Source: Candidatus Sulfobium sp. (GTDB lineage Bacteria; Nitrospirota; Thermodesulfovibrionia; Thermodesulfovibrionales; UBA6898). From it: 12,844 bases of DNA. Each line of letters opens with the position of its first letter. The first letter of the stretch is position 1. The position numbers and the translations under genes are program-made. The DNA lies in assembly GCA_037380845.1 (NCBI GenBank), contig JARRRI010000063.1, forward strand, positions 1 through 12,844, read 5' to 3'. Below, in pieces: positions 1 to 6,901 of the stretch. The notes under the pieces are model-generated. The model had not been told where the DNA came from. It saw only the letters and a list, made by a program, of their open reading frames with translations, and ran no database searches.

Positions 1-501
1 GTTGCCTTTTTTATCATTGATGAAAAATGTTGAAGAGAACATGAGAACAGCGCCCCAAAAGGCACCGGAAGAATGGAACCAGACGAAAAGGTTGTGACAG
101 TAATCAGAAAAAGCATGGAAAAAGTCAAGGATGCCCATGGAAAAGAGGGCGTAAACAAGAAAAAGAATATTCTTTTTCCCGGAAACCAGATATTCCCAGG
201 ACAATATCAGGCCGATAATGATTGCGATCAAACCGCAAAAAACTTCAATGAGGGTGTGATTTGAAGAATTTACCCAGAACATATTCCCTAACCCTAAAAA
301 CTGCTCTATAATCGGCCTGCTCGCGGATACTAATGCCACGGATATGAAGACAAAAAAAGTAAAGAAAAGGAGTTTGTTTCTGGTCAAGAAAGTACTATCT
401 TTAGTCTCATCGACATTAAAAGTAACGTAATTGAGAAAAGAGCACTTCTCAAAGGGGGGGATGAGACCCCCGATCTTTTTCAAAAAATCAGGAGGTTTCA
501 C
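1..501 (-). CDS. N-terminal MASE3-like multi-pass membrane sensor domain, probably of a histidine kinase or diguanylate cyclase; partial, runs off the left edge
   Basis: Hand translation of the minus frame is open from 501 to 1: ...KLLFFTFFVFISVALVSA...NHTLIEVFCGLIAIIIGLILSWEY...KKNILFLVYALFSMGILDFFHAFS...NLFVWFHSSGAFWGAVLMFSSTFF. It has several hydrophobic helices plus HxxxE and DxxH motifs like MASE3. The start is uncertain: GTG at 501 (overlaps the tatA stop) or TTG at 387. Confidence 0.7.
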   Translation of the reverse strand, partial: MKPPDFLKKIGGLIPPFEKCSFLNYVTFNVDETKDSTFLTRNKLLFFTFFVFISVALVSASRPIIEQFLGLGNMFWVNSSNHTLIEVFCGLIAIIIGLILSWEYLVSGKKNILFLVYALFSMGILDFFHAFSDYCHNLFVWFHSSGAFWGAVLMFSSTFFINDKKGN

Positions 502-698
502 GTTCCCGATGCCTGGTCTTTTTCCCCTGCTGCAACCCCGGGAGTTGATTCAATTTCTTCAGGACCAGACGTTGATTTTTTGAAATTTCTAATTGCCTCT
601 CCGAAGCTCCTTCCTAATGCAGGCAATCTTGTGGCACCAAACAAGATCACGACGATTACCAGGAGAATTAGCAGTTCTTGAAGGCCTAATCCAAACAT
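498..698 (-). CDS. tatA: Twin-arginine translocase subunit TatA/TatE, 66 aa
   Basis: MFGLGLQELLILLVIVVILFGATRLPALGRSFGEAIRNFKKS shows the TM helix, FG hinge and amphipathic helix ending in FK. The ATG at 698 follows GGGGGAGGAG, so it is preferred over the ORF-track start at 749. Confidence 0.95.
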   Translation of the reverse strand: MFGLGLQELLILLVIVVILFGATRLPALGRSFGEAIRNFKKSTSGPEEIESTPGVAAGEKDQASGT

Positions 699-806
699 CT
701 CCTCCCCCCTTATTGAAAAGTCCGCATTAGCAAACACCTGGAAGCTCATTCCATGGGATTTGCCTCTTTTTTTAAAGCCCTTTTCAACTCTTAAGCACCT
801 AGATAT

Positions 807-815
807 ATTTTACCA
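807..815 (-). promoter_or_regulatory. Candidate extended -10 promoter for tatA
   Basis: The minus strand reads TGG-TAAAAT (TGnTAnnnT) about 110 nt upstream of the tatA ATG. No well-spaced -35 is present. Confidence 0.4.
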
Positions 816-903
816 CAAAGTGCAAAAATCAAGGACCGCCCGTACAGTCAGCCGCTTTTCGGGCTTTACGTTACGCCGCCGTGGTCATGATGGCCGTTTT
901 GTC

Positions 904-2697
904 CTACTCTTTCATGGCGTTCGTATAATTCTTGATCCTTGTCAGCCTGTCTTTCATTTCGTCAAGCGCCTGCAGGGACGCCCCGATTTCCCGGCGTCCC
1001 CTTTCGATGTCTGCTTTGCTTCTGTTTCTCTGCGCCATCCCTTTTTCCACTGCCGTTCCTATCCCATCGATGGTCGCCTCGATTCTCTGGAGCATCTCCC
1101 ACCTGAAATCCAGCTTGCTCTTCTGGATGCGCTCATCGAAGTCGTTCCCGGACCTTCCAAGTTGCATATCGACGGCATTAGTCAGTTGCTCACACATCTT
1201 CTTATGGATAATCCTGTCGCCTATGAATTTAGGCAGAGCGAGGGTCAGGGAGGAAGCGACTATCTCTATGCCGACAGGCTGCTCTTTGAATTTATAGTAA
1301 AACCGTGATCTTGCAGACCAGATGGCCTCGGTCTTGACGGCCTCGAAAGGGATTTCGAAAAGGTCAGATGAGAACTTGAGAAGCTCATCGACAGCACTGT
1401 CTATCTTGATCACGAACCTCTTACAGATCACCTGGAATGCCCTGGCAAGCTTGTCGTCTTCCATTGCCCGCCATATATTGAAAGCCTGTCTTACACGGGA
1501 TATGATCGATTCTTCGACCGTCTTTTTGAGTTCCCTGGAGGACAGTGTTTTAGCCCGGGAGAACAGTTCTTCAAGTTGGCTCTGCTCGTGAGAAAGCAGT
1601 TCTCTCCTGAACTTCGCCATGTCCTCATGAAGTACGCTCCTGATCAGCCTCTTTGTTTCGCCGTCCAGGAGGATATCGAAATCCCGCTTTTCGAGTAATA
1701 CGTCCCTTTTTTTCGCCTCAAAAGCCGCGATCTTCTGCTGAAGCTCTGCAAGAGGTGTAGTAAGCGATTTAAGCTCCAGTTCGAGTTCAAGTCCTGCCTG
1801 AGAGATCAGCCTCATAAGGTTGTCGGCCACCGAGGTGATAAGGACCTTCCCTTTTTCTTCCATGAGGAAAGCGTTCAGCTTCCGGGAAAACTCCGGAAGC
1901 ATGCTTTTTCGGATCACGTCCGCGGCGTTGTTGAGTTCGCCGTCCAGGGCCTGCTTAGCCGAAAGCGGAAATATCCGCACATCGGAGCCGGTAGCGTCCC
2001 GGAGCACATCCTTTTGAAAATCGATGGATTCCACCAGGTCCCTTTCGTCCACCTGGTCGGCCTTGTTGAGCAGGAAAAAAATCCTGTTTGAATATTCTCT
2101 TACGTCCCTGAGAAAGTCGAGCTCCGCCTTGCTTACGGGCTGGTCGACAGACAGAAGAAAGAGAACCGCGTCAGACTTCGGCAGGTATCGATACGCCACA
2201 TCCGTGTTGTGCTGGTAGATGGAGCCGACCCCGGGGGTGTCGATCAGCCGCACGCCGTCCTTCAGGTAGTGCGAGGGGTAAGTTACTACAACCTCGTTTA
2301 CGTCCTTGGCGTTCCTGGGGTTTCCTTTCTCAGTTACGTATTCGCGCAGGCTTTCCGGATTGATCTCGGCGACTCTGCCGTCGTTGAAACTGACCTTGAT
2401 CCTCAGCGCATCGCCGTAAGTAATAATGGTCACGATGGATGTAAGCGGCACAACGGCAACAGGAAGAATGTCCGCGCCGAGCAGGGCATTAATAAGGCTC
2501 GTTTTCCCTCTCTTGAATTGGCCCGCAACGACTAGATTAAAGGCGTTGGTTTCAATCTTCTCTCTCAGTTCTTCGCACGGACAGCCCCTGATGCATTCCA
2601 TGGCGAGCATGTCATCGATGCACCGTAACAGGTCTCCCTTCAGACTTGAATAAGCCGACATTGCGGAAGATGCGACCGCAAACGTTTCTTCCGGCAT
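904..2697 (-). CDS. Bacterial dynamin-like GTPase (Dynamin_N family), 597 aa
   Basis: G1 GQFKRGKT, G2 PLT, G3 DTPG and G4 NKAD are followed by a long helical/coiled-coil region with a short hydrophobic tip (VGIEIVASSLTLALPKFIG). A strong SD (AGGAGGT) precedes the ATG at 2697. Confidence 0.93.
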   Translation of the reverse strand: MPEETFAVASSAMSAYSSLKGDLLRCIDDMLAMECIRGCPCEELREKIETNAFNLVVAGQFKRGKTSLINALLGADILPVAVVPLTSIVTIITYGDALRIKVSFNDGRVAEINPESLREYVTEKGNPRNAKDVNEVVVTYPSHYLKDGVRLIDTPGVGSIYQHNTDVAYRYLPKSDAVLFLLSVDQPVSKAELDFLRDVREYSNRIFFLLNKADQVDERDLVESIDFQKDVLRDATGSDVRIFPLSAKQALDGELNNAADVIRKSMLPEFSRKLNAFLMEEKGKVLITSVADNLMRLISQAGLELELELKSLTTPLAELQQKIAAFEAKKRDVLLEKRDFDILLDGETKRLIRSVLHEDMAKFRRELLSHEQSQLEELFSRAKTLSSRELKKTVEESIISRVRQAFNIWRAMEDDKLARAFQVICKRFVIKIDSAVDELLKFSSDLFEIPFEAVKTEAIWSARSRFYYKFKEQPVGIEIVASSLTLALPKFIGDRIIHKKMCEQLTNAVDMQLGRSGNDFDERIQKSKLDFRWEMLQRIEATIDGIGTAVEKGMAQRNRSKADIERGRREIGASLQALDEMKDRLTRIKNYTNAMKE

Positions 2698-2720
2698 TAC
2701 CGCACCTCCTCATACGGATA

Positions 2721-2758
2721 ATAAAAAACTCCTGCCAAAATGTCCTTCAGCAGGAGTC
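2721..2758 (-). terminator. Intrinsic terminator serving as the expression platform of the fluoride riboswitch
   Basis: On the minus strand ACTCCTGCTGAAG (2757-2745) pairs with TTTTGGCAGGAGT (2740-2728): 13 bp including three G-U, loop GACA, then TTTTTATT. The 5' arm is the aptamer's own GACTCCT segment. Confidence 0.88.
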
Positions 2759-2798
2759 ATCAGTCCGTGCGGACGTTTGTGGCGAACTCCATCGCCAT
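2750..2798 (-). ncRNA. Fluoride riboswitch (crcB motif) aptamer
   Basis: The minus strand reads GGCGATGGAGTTCGCC-ACAAAC-GTCCGCACGGAC-TGATGACTCCTGC. This gives P1 GGCGA/TCGCC, loop GGAGT pairing with downstream ACTCC (pseudoknot), an A-rich linker, a P2 hairpin and the conserved TRATG, matching the established crcB consensus. Confidence 0.95.
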
Positions 2799-2810
2799 AA
2801 CCTTAAAATT

Positions 2811-2839
2811 AATGTATCAGGAATTGAGAATAATGTCAA
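2811..2839 (-). promoter_or_regulatory. Sigma70-type promoter driving riboswitch and dynamin gene
   Basis: TTGACA (2839-2834), 17-nt spacer, TACATT (2816-2811) with extended TG. The predicted start near 2804 lies just 5' of the aptamer. Confidence 0.75.
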
Positions 2840-2954
2840 AATCATTCCGTTTCCCGTCAAGAAATTAAAGGCCGTCTCCCGGCGGAATTCTCCCTGTATT
2901 CAGTATTATCAACATTAATGAAAACGTTCAATGGCGGGTGTGATCCATGCAGAA

Positions 2955-2983
2955 TTGCTCCTGGGAACTTTGGGACATATAAT
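2955..2983 (+). promoter_or_regulatory. Sigma70-type promoter for the P-type ATPase
   Basis: TTGCTC (2955-2960), 17-nt spacer, TATAAT (2978-2983). Predicted start is near 2990. Confidence 0.7.
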
Positions 2984-2986
2984 TGA

Positions 2987-3077
2987 AATAAGAGGTAGCC
3001 AACTTTGATATCAATGGCCGGATGATTTTACAGCCGGTGACTACCTGTATTCAGGAGGAGCGATAATGAATCAGGTA
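2987..3077 (+). promoter_or_regulatory. Structured 5' leader with alternative pairings (candidate cis-regulatory RNA)
   Basis: CTACCT (3041-3046) can pair with upstream AGGTAG (2993-2998). Alternatively TACCTG-T-ATTCA (3042-3053) can pair with downstream TGAATCAGGTA (3067-3077), giving 11 WC pairs that enclose the SD and cover the uORF start. Confidence 0.45.
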
Positions 3078-3098
3078 CATGGGGGGAATCTCATATGA
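3066..3098 (+). CDS. Candidate leader peptide/uORF MNQVHGGNLI (10 aa)
   Basis: AGGAGG at 3053-3058 lies 7 nt before ATG 3066. The TGA at 3096-3098 overlaps the ATPase ATG (ATGA). Confidence 0.4.
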   Translation: MNQVHGGNLI

Positions 3099-5617
3099 GC
3101 AGCCACGATGAACAACAGAAACATCCGGCCGGAGCCGAAACTGCGCAGGAGGCGCAACAGATATCACTTGAGGAATTTGAGAAGCGTCTGAATTCTTCCG
3201 TGGATGGCCTGAGTCAGACGGAGGCCGAGAAACGTCTTGCAAAGTACGGGCCCAATTCTCTGGAAGAAAAGGAGGTCAACCCGCTTCTGAAATTTCTCTC
3301 CTATTTCTGGGGGCCCATTCCCTGGATGATCGAAGTTGCAGCGGCCCTTTCTGCCGTAATAAGACACTGGGTAGATTTCATTATTATCGCCGTTTTGCTT
3401 GTCTTCAATGCGGCAGTGGGTTTCTGGCAAGAGCATCAGGCGGCTAATGCGGTGGACGCCCTGAAAAAACAGCTGGCCCTCAAGGCGCGCGTAAAGCGTG
3501 ACGGAAAATGGAAGGAGGTCGCCGCTGCCGCTGTGGTTCCGGGAGATGTCATAAGACTGCGCTTGGGAGACATTGTTCCTGCCGACGTCAAGCTCGCTGA
3601 AGGCGATTATCTAAGCGTTGACCAGTCGGCGCTCACGGGCGAGTCGCTGCCCGTGGACAAGAAGAAGGAGGACGTTGCCTATTCCGGCTCCACGGTCAAG
3701 CAGGGTGAAATGGAGGCATTGGTAACAGCCACCGGAAGAGATACATACTTCGGCAAGACGGCGAAGCTGGTATCCTCGGCAAAGTCCGTTTCCCACTTTC
3801 AGCGGGCGGTGCTCACCATCGGGGATTACCTGATCTTCCTCAGCCTGGGACTCGCCGCCTTCCTCATCTTGTCCATGCTTTTGAGAGGCGCTTCCTTCAT
3901 TTCCCTGTTTCAATTCGTATTGATTCTGATCGTGGCCGCAATTCCCGTTGCCATGCCCGCCGTACTTTCGGTCACGATGGCTATCGGCTCGGTCGTACTC
4001 TCGAAAATGAAGGCTATTGTTACCAGGCTGGAGTCGATAGAGGAGATGGCCGGCATGGATATGCTCTGCTCGGACAAGACCGGTACACTGACGCAGAACA
4101 AACTGACCCTTGGAGAGCTGGCCCTCTTTGAGGCGGAAGACGCACAGGAACTGGTTCTTGCCGGTGCGCTGGCATCCAAGGCAGAAGACAATGACGCTAT
4201 CGATGCAGCTGTGCTGGCAGGGCTCAAGAATCGGGAGGTGCTGGATTCCTATAAGCAGGTAAAGTTTATGCCGTTTGATCCGGTGCACAAACGCACGGAA
4301 GCCGAGATAAAGGGCTCCGGGGGAAAATCCTTTAAAGTTACGAAAGGCGCGCCTCAGGTTATTCTCAAACTTTGCGGCAACGAGAGTAATTTGTCCGGGA
4401 AGGTAAATGACAAGGTGGACGAACTTGCACGCCAGGGTTACCGCACTCTGGGAGTGGCCAGGAAGACCGACGGCGATGGATGGCATTTCCTTGGACTTCT
4501 GCCCCTGTTCGACCCGCCGCGGGAGGATTCCAGGGAGACTATCAGAAGAGCCGGGGAGCATGGGATTAAGGTAAAGATGGTCACAGGCGATAACCTGGCC
4601 ATTGCAAAACAGATCGCTTCAACCCTCGGTATGGGCACTAAAATCCAGTCGGCTGAAGCCATGTTTCACGAAACTTCTGACGATGATTCGGTCTCTCCCC
4701 GGGAGGCATCCCGAGTTGAAGCTGCGGACGGGTTTGCCCAGGTTTTCCCGGAACACAAATTCGAGATAGTGAAAGCCCTTCAGTCCAGGGGCCACATTGT
4801 CGGCATGACAGGGGACGGGGTGAACGATGCCCCGGCGCTCAAACAGGCCAACACCGGCATTGCGGTCAGCGGAGCCACCGACGCTGCGAGGGCTGCCTCT
4901 GCGCTGGTACTGACGGCGCCCGGTCTTTCGGTTATTGTCCAGGCCGTCGTGGAGGCCCGCAAAATATTCGAGCGGATGAACAGTTACGCCATCTACCGGA
5001 TTACGGAAACGATCCGTATAATGTTTTTCGTTGTCCTGGCGATGGTAGTCTTTGATTTCTACCCGATTACCACCATCATGATCATATTGCTGGCACTGCT
5101 CAATGACCTGCCCATCATGACCATCGCATACGACAATACCTGGCTTGACCCGAAACCTGTACGCTGGGCGATGGGAAGGGTCCTTTCGGTCTCGACGGTC
5201 CTGGGTCTGATCGGGGTCGTGGAGACTTTCGGTATCCTCATGATAGCGAAGATGTTGCTTAAGCTGGACGATGCCCAGATCCAGTCGTTCATCTACCTGA
5301 AGCTGGCTGTTGCCGGCCATATGACGCTGTTTGTCGCCCGGACGAAGCGGCCCTTTTTCAGTAAACCTCGTCCTGCTCCCATACTGCTCATTGCGATTCT
5401 CTGCACCCAGGCGGTTGCGGCCATGATAGTGGGGTTCGGCATTCTGGTCACACGCCTTCCATGGATATACGTAGGTTTCATCTGGGGATATTGTCTGGTG
5501 TGGCTGTTTATTGAAGACCGGGCAAAGTTGCATGTTTACCACCACCTTGAATTGAGCGGGAAACATCACCGGGATTTCCTCCAGCGGATGTCGCAGCAGC
5601 TACATCCCGGAGCATAG
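3095..5617 (+). CDS. Plasma-membrane-type proton-efflux P-type ATPase (P3A), 840 aa
   Basis: General P-type motifs are TGES, DKTGT (phosphorylation), KGAP, DPPR, MVTGD and GDGVNDAPAL. P3A-typical segments are FWGPIPWMIE, IPVAMP, YAIYRI..TIRI and LLNDLPIMTIAYD (proton-binding Asp). Confidence 0.93.
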   Translation: MSSHDEQQKHPAGAETAQEAQQISLEEFEKRLNSSVDGLSQTEAEKRLAKYGPNSLEEKEVNPLLKFLSYFWGPIPWMIEVAAALSAVIRHWVDFIIIAVLLVFNAAVGFWQEHQAANAVDALKKQLALKARVKRDGKWKEVAAAAVVPGDVIRLRLGDIVPADVKLAEGDYLSVDQSALTGESLPVDKKKEDVAYSGSTVKQGEMEALVTATGRDTYFGKTAKLVSSAKSVSHFQRAVLTIGDYLIFLSLGLAAFLILSMLLRGASFISLFQFVLILIVAAIPVAMPAVLSVTMAIGSVVLSKMKAIVTRLESIEEMAGMDMLCSDKTGTLTQNKLTLGELALFEAEDAQELVLAGALASKAEDNDAIDAAVLAGLKNREVLDSYKQVKFMPFDPVHKRTEAEIKGSGGKSFKVTKGAPQVILKLCGNESNLSGKVNDKVDELARQGYRTLGVARKTDGDGWHFLGLLPLFDPPREDSRETIRRAGEHGIKVKMVTGDNLAIAKQIASTLGMGTKIQSAEAMFHETSDDDSVSPREASRVEAADGFAQVFPEHKFEIVKALQSRGHIVGMTGDGVNDAPALKQANTGIAVSGATDAARAASALVLTAPGLSVIVQAVVEARKIFERMNSYAIYRITETIRIMFFVVLAMVVFDFYPITTIMIILLALLNDLPIMTIAYDNTWLDPKPVRWAMGRVLSVSTVLGLIGVVETFGILMIAKMLLKLDDAQIQSFIYLKLAVAGHMTLFVARTKRPFFSKPRPAPILLIAILCTQAVAAMIVGFGILVTRLPWIYVGFIWGYCLVWLFIEDRAKLHVYHHLELSGKHHRDFLQRMSQQLHPGA

Positions 5618-5724
5618 ACTGAAGGATATCTCAGTCTCTCGTTGATACCGGGCGGAACAGAATAACCGGACATTTCCATGCCGGTAGAATATCTCCAAAT
5701 TGTGGAGCAGCAGCCTGATCCTCG

Positions 5725-5754
5725 TTGACAAAAAGTCGATTTTTTTCGCACTAT
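5725..5754 (+). promoter_or_regulatory. Candidate sigma70 promoter for the L,D-transpeptidase
   Basis: TTGACA (5725-5730), 18-nt spacer, CACTAT (5749-5754). The near-palindrome AAAAAGTCGATTTTT overlaps the spacer. Confidence 0.35.
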
Positions 5755-5929
5755 GGTAATGGCCATGGGAGTGGCTTTAAGGGGATGCCCGCCCCCGCAG
5801 AAGCCTTGCCGGGTTCCCGGACCGGGTCCAACAAAAGAGCACTGCTGTGGCAGCCTTTACATTCATCGGACCGTGTCGAAGTGGACAAGGTGATCCGCTC
5901 AGGAGATTCGGTCCGCAGGTACAGACGAT

Positions 5930-6865
5930 ATGTTGATTGAGTCGGCAACTTTTCCCGTCATCCGGTTTTTGAGGTTATTTCCAGTCGGCGTCATAACGGC
6001 AATATTGCTTGCTGCGGCAGTGGCCGGAGCGCCGAGGGCATACGCGCGCGTCTATTCCTGTGACAACGCCCTTACGGTAGTGGGTCTGGACCGGACCTAC
6101 AGGGTGCGGGATGGAGAATCACTGATCGAGATCGCGCGCAGGTTCGACCTCGGATATAACGAAATTACAGAGGCCAATCCGGGCATTGATCCTTTCGTCC
6201 CCGGTAAAGGGACCATCATTGCCCTGCCCACTTCATGGGTATTGCCGGAGACCGCATCCCGCGACGGCATAGTTATAAACCTCTCCGAAATGCGGCTCTA
6301 TTATTATTTCACGGTAAACGGGGCGCGGTACGTAAGGACATTTCCCGTGGGAATAGGCAGACAGGGAGATCTGACGCCTGTCGGCAGGTTCAAGGTGGTG
6401 GAAAAGATCGTCGGCCCGGCGTGGCATGTGCCTGAGTCGATAAGAGAGGAAAACCCGGCCCTGCCGAAGGTTGTTCCCGCCGGCCCCGGGAATCCCCTCG
6501 GATCCCATGCATTGCGACTCTCGTTGCCGACTATCCTCATACATGGGACGAACAAGCCGTGGGGTGTCGGGAGGAGGGTCAGCCACGGCTGCATACGGTT
6601 GTATCCCGAGGACATCCCGAGACTGTTTGCGCTGGTTTCCAGGGGTACGGATGTCGAAATCGTGCACCAGCCGGTAAAAGTCGGCACGCGCAACGGCAGG
6701 ATATACATAGAGGTCCACCGGAACGGGCACGGGGAAAATGTGGATTACTTCCCCGTGGCCGTCCGACTGTTGACCGACAGGGGGCTGCTGAAGCTTGTAA
6801 ATACAAAAAAATTATATAAGGCGGTTGATGCCCGGCGCGGCATGCCGGTGGACATCACGGAGTGA
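5930..6865 (+). CDS. L,D-transpeptidase, ErfK/YbiS/YcfS/YnhG family (signal peptide + LysM + YkuD + C-terminal domain)
   Basis: Hydrophobic N-terminus; LysM-like YRVRDGESLIEIARRFDLGYNEITEANP; IVINLSEMRLYY; FPVGIG; GPGNPLG; catalytic IHGT...VSHGCIRL; C-terminal VKVG...IYIEVH. The exact start is uncertain (no clear SD). Confidence 0.92.
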   Translation: MLIESATFPVIRFLRLFPVGVITAILLAAAVAGAPRAYARVYSCDNALTVVGLDRTYRVRDGESLIEIARRFDLGYNEITEANPGIDPFVPGKGTIIALPTSWVLPETASRDGIVINLSEMRLYYYFTVNGARYVRTFPVGIGRQGDLTPVGRFKVVEKIVGPAWHVPESIREENPALPKVVPAGPGNPLGSHALRLSLPTILIHGTNKPWGVGRRVSHGCIRLYPEDIPRLFALVSRGTDVEIVHQPVKVGTRNGRIYIEVHRNGHGENVDYFPVAVRLLTDRGLLKLVNTKKLYKAVDARRGMPVDITE

Positions 6866-6868
6866 AGC

Positions 6869-6894
6869 CCGGACCCGCCGATGGGCGGGCCCGG
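6869..6894. terminator. GC-rich hairpin between convergent genes; possible terminator or 3' stabiliser
   Basis: CCGGACCCGCC-GATG-GGCGGGCCCGG forms an 11-bp stem on the minus strand (one G-U). There is no real U-tract on either side. Confidence 0.5.
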
Positions 6895-6901
6895 ATGAAG
6901 G

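Noticed and set aside
451..471. GGGGG-TCTCAT-CCCCC hairpin after tatA as a terminator
   Set aside because: The stem is only 5 bp with a weak U-tract, and it may lie inside the sensor ORF; unresolved, so not called.
699..749. Longer tatA start at 749 from the ORF track
   Set aside because: The ATG at 698 has a strong SD and gives the canonical TatA N-terminus.
760..2918. Plus-strand ORFs overlapping the dynamin gene and riboswitch
   Set aside because: They are antisense to a clear gene and have no protein-like features.
2991..3046. yybP-ykoY (Mn2+) riboswitch as the identity of the ATPase leader
   Set aside because: GAGGTAGC only loosely resembles GGGGAGTAGC and the GAGACC closing strand is missing.
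3066..3090. TGAATC...GGTAC..GGGGGAA resembling the c-di-AMP (ydaO) riboswitch 5' part
   Set aside because: The rest of the motif (second GGGG..AAT block and CCCGTCAGCTAAC) is absent, and the ATPase coding sequence starts immediately.
3611..5569. Two 316-aa minus-strand ORFs (3611-4561 and 4619-5569)
   Set aside because: They are antisense shadows of the well-supported ATPase, with no recognisable motifs; the equal length looks coincidental.
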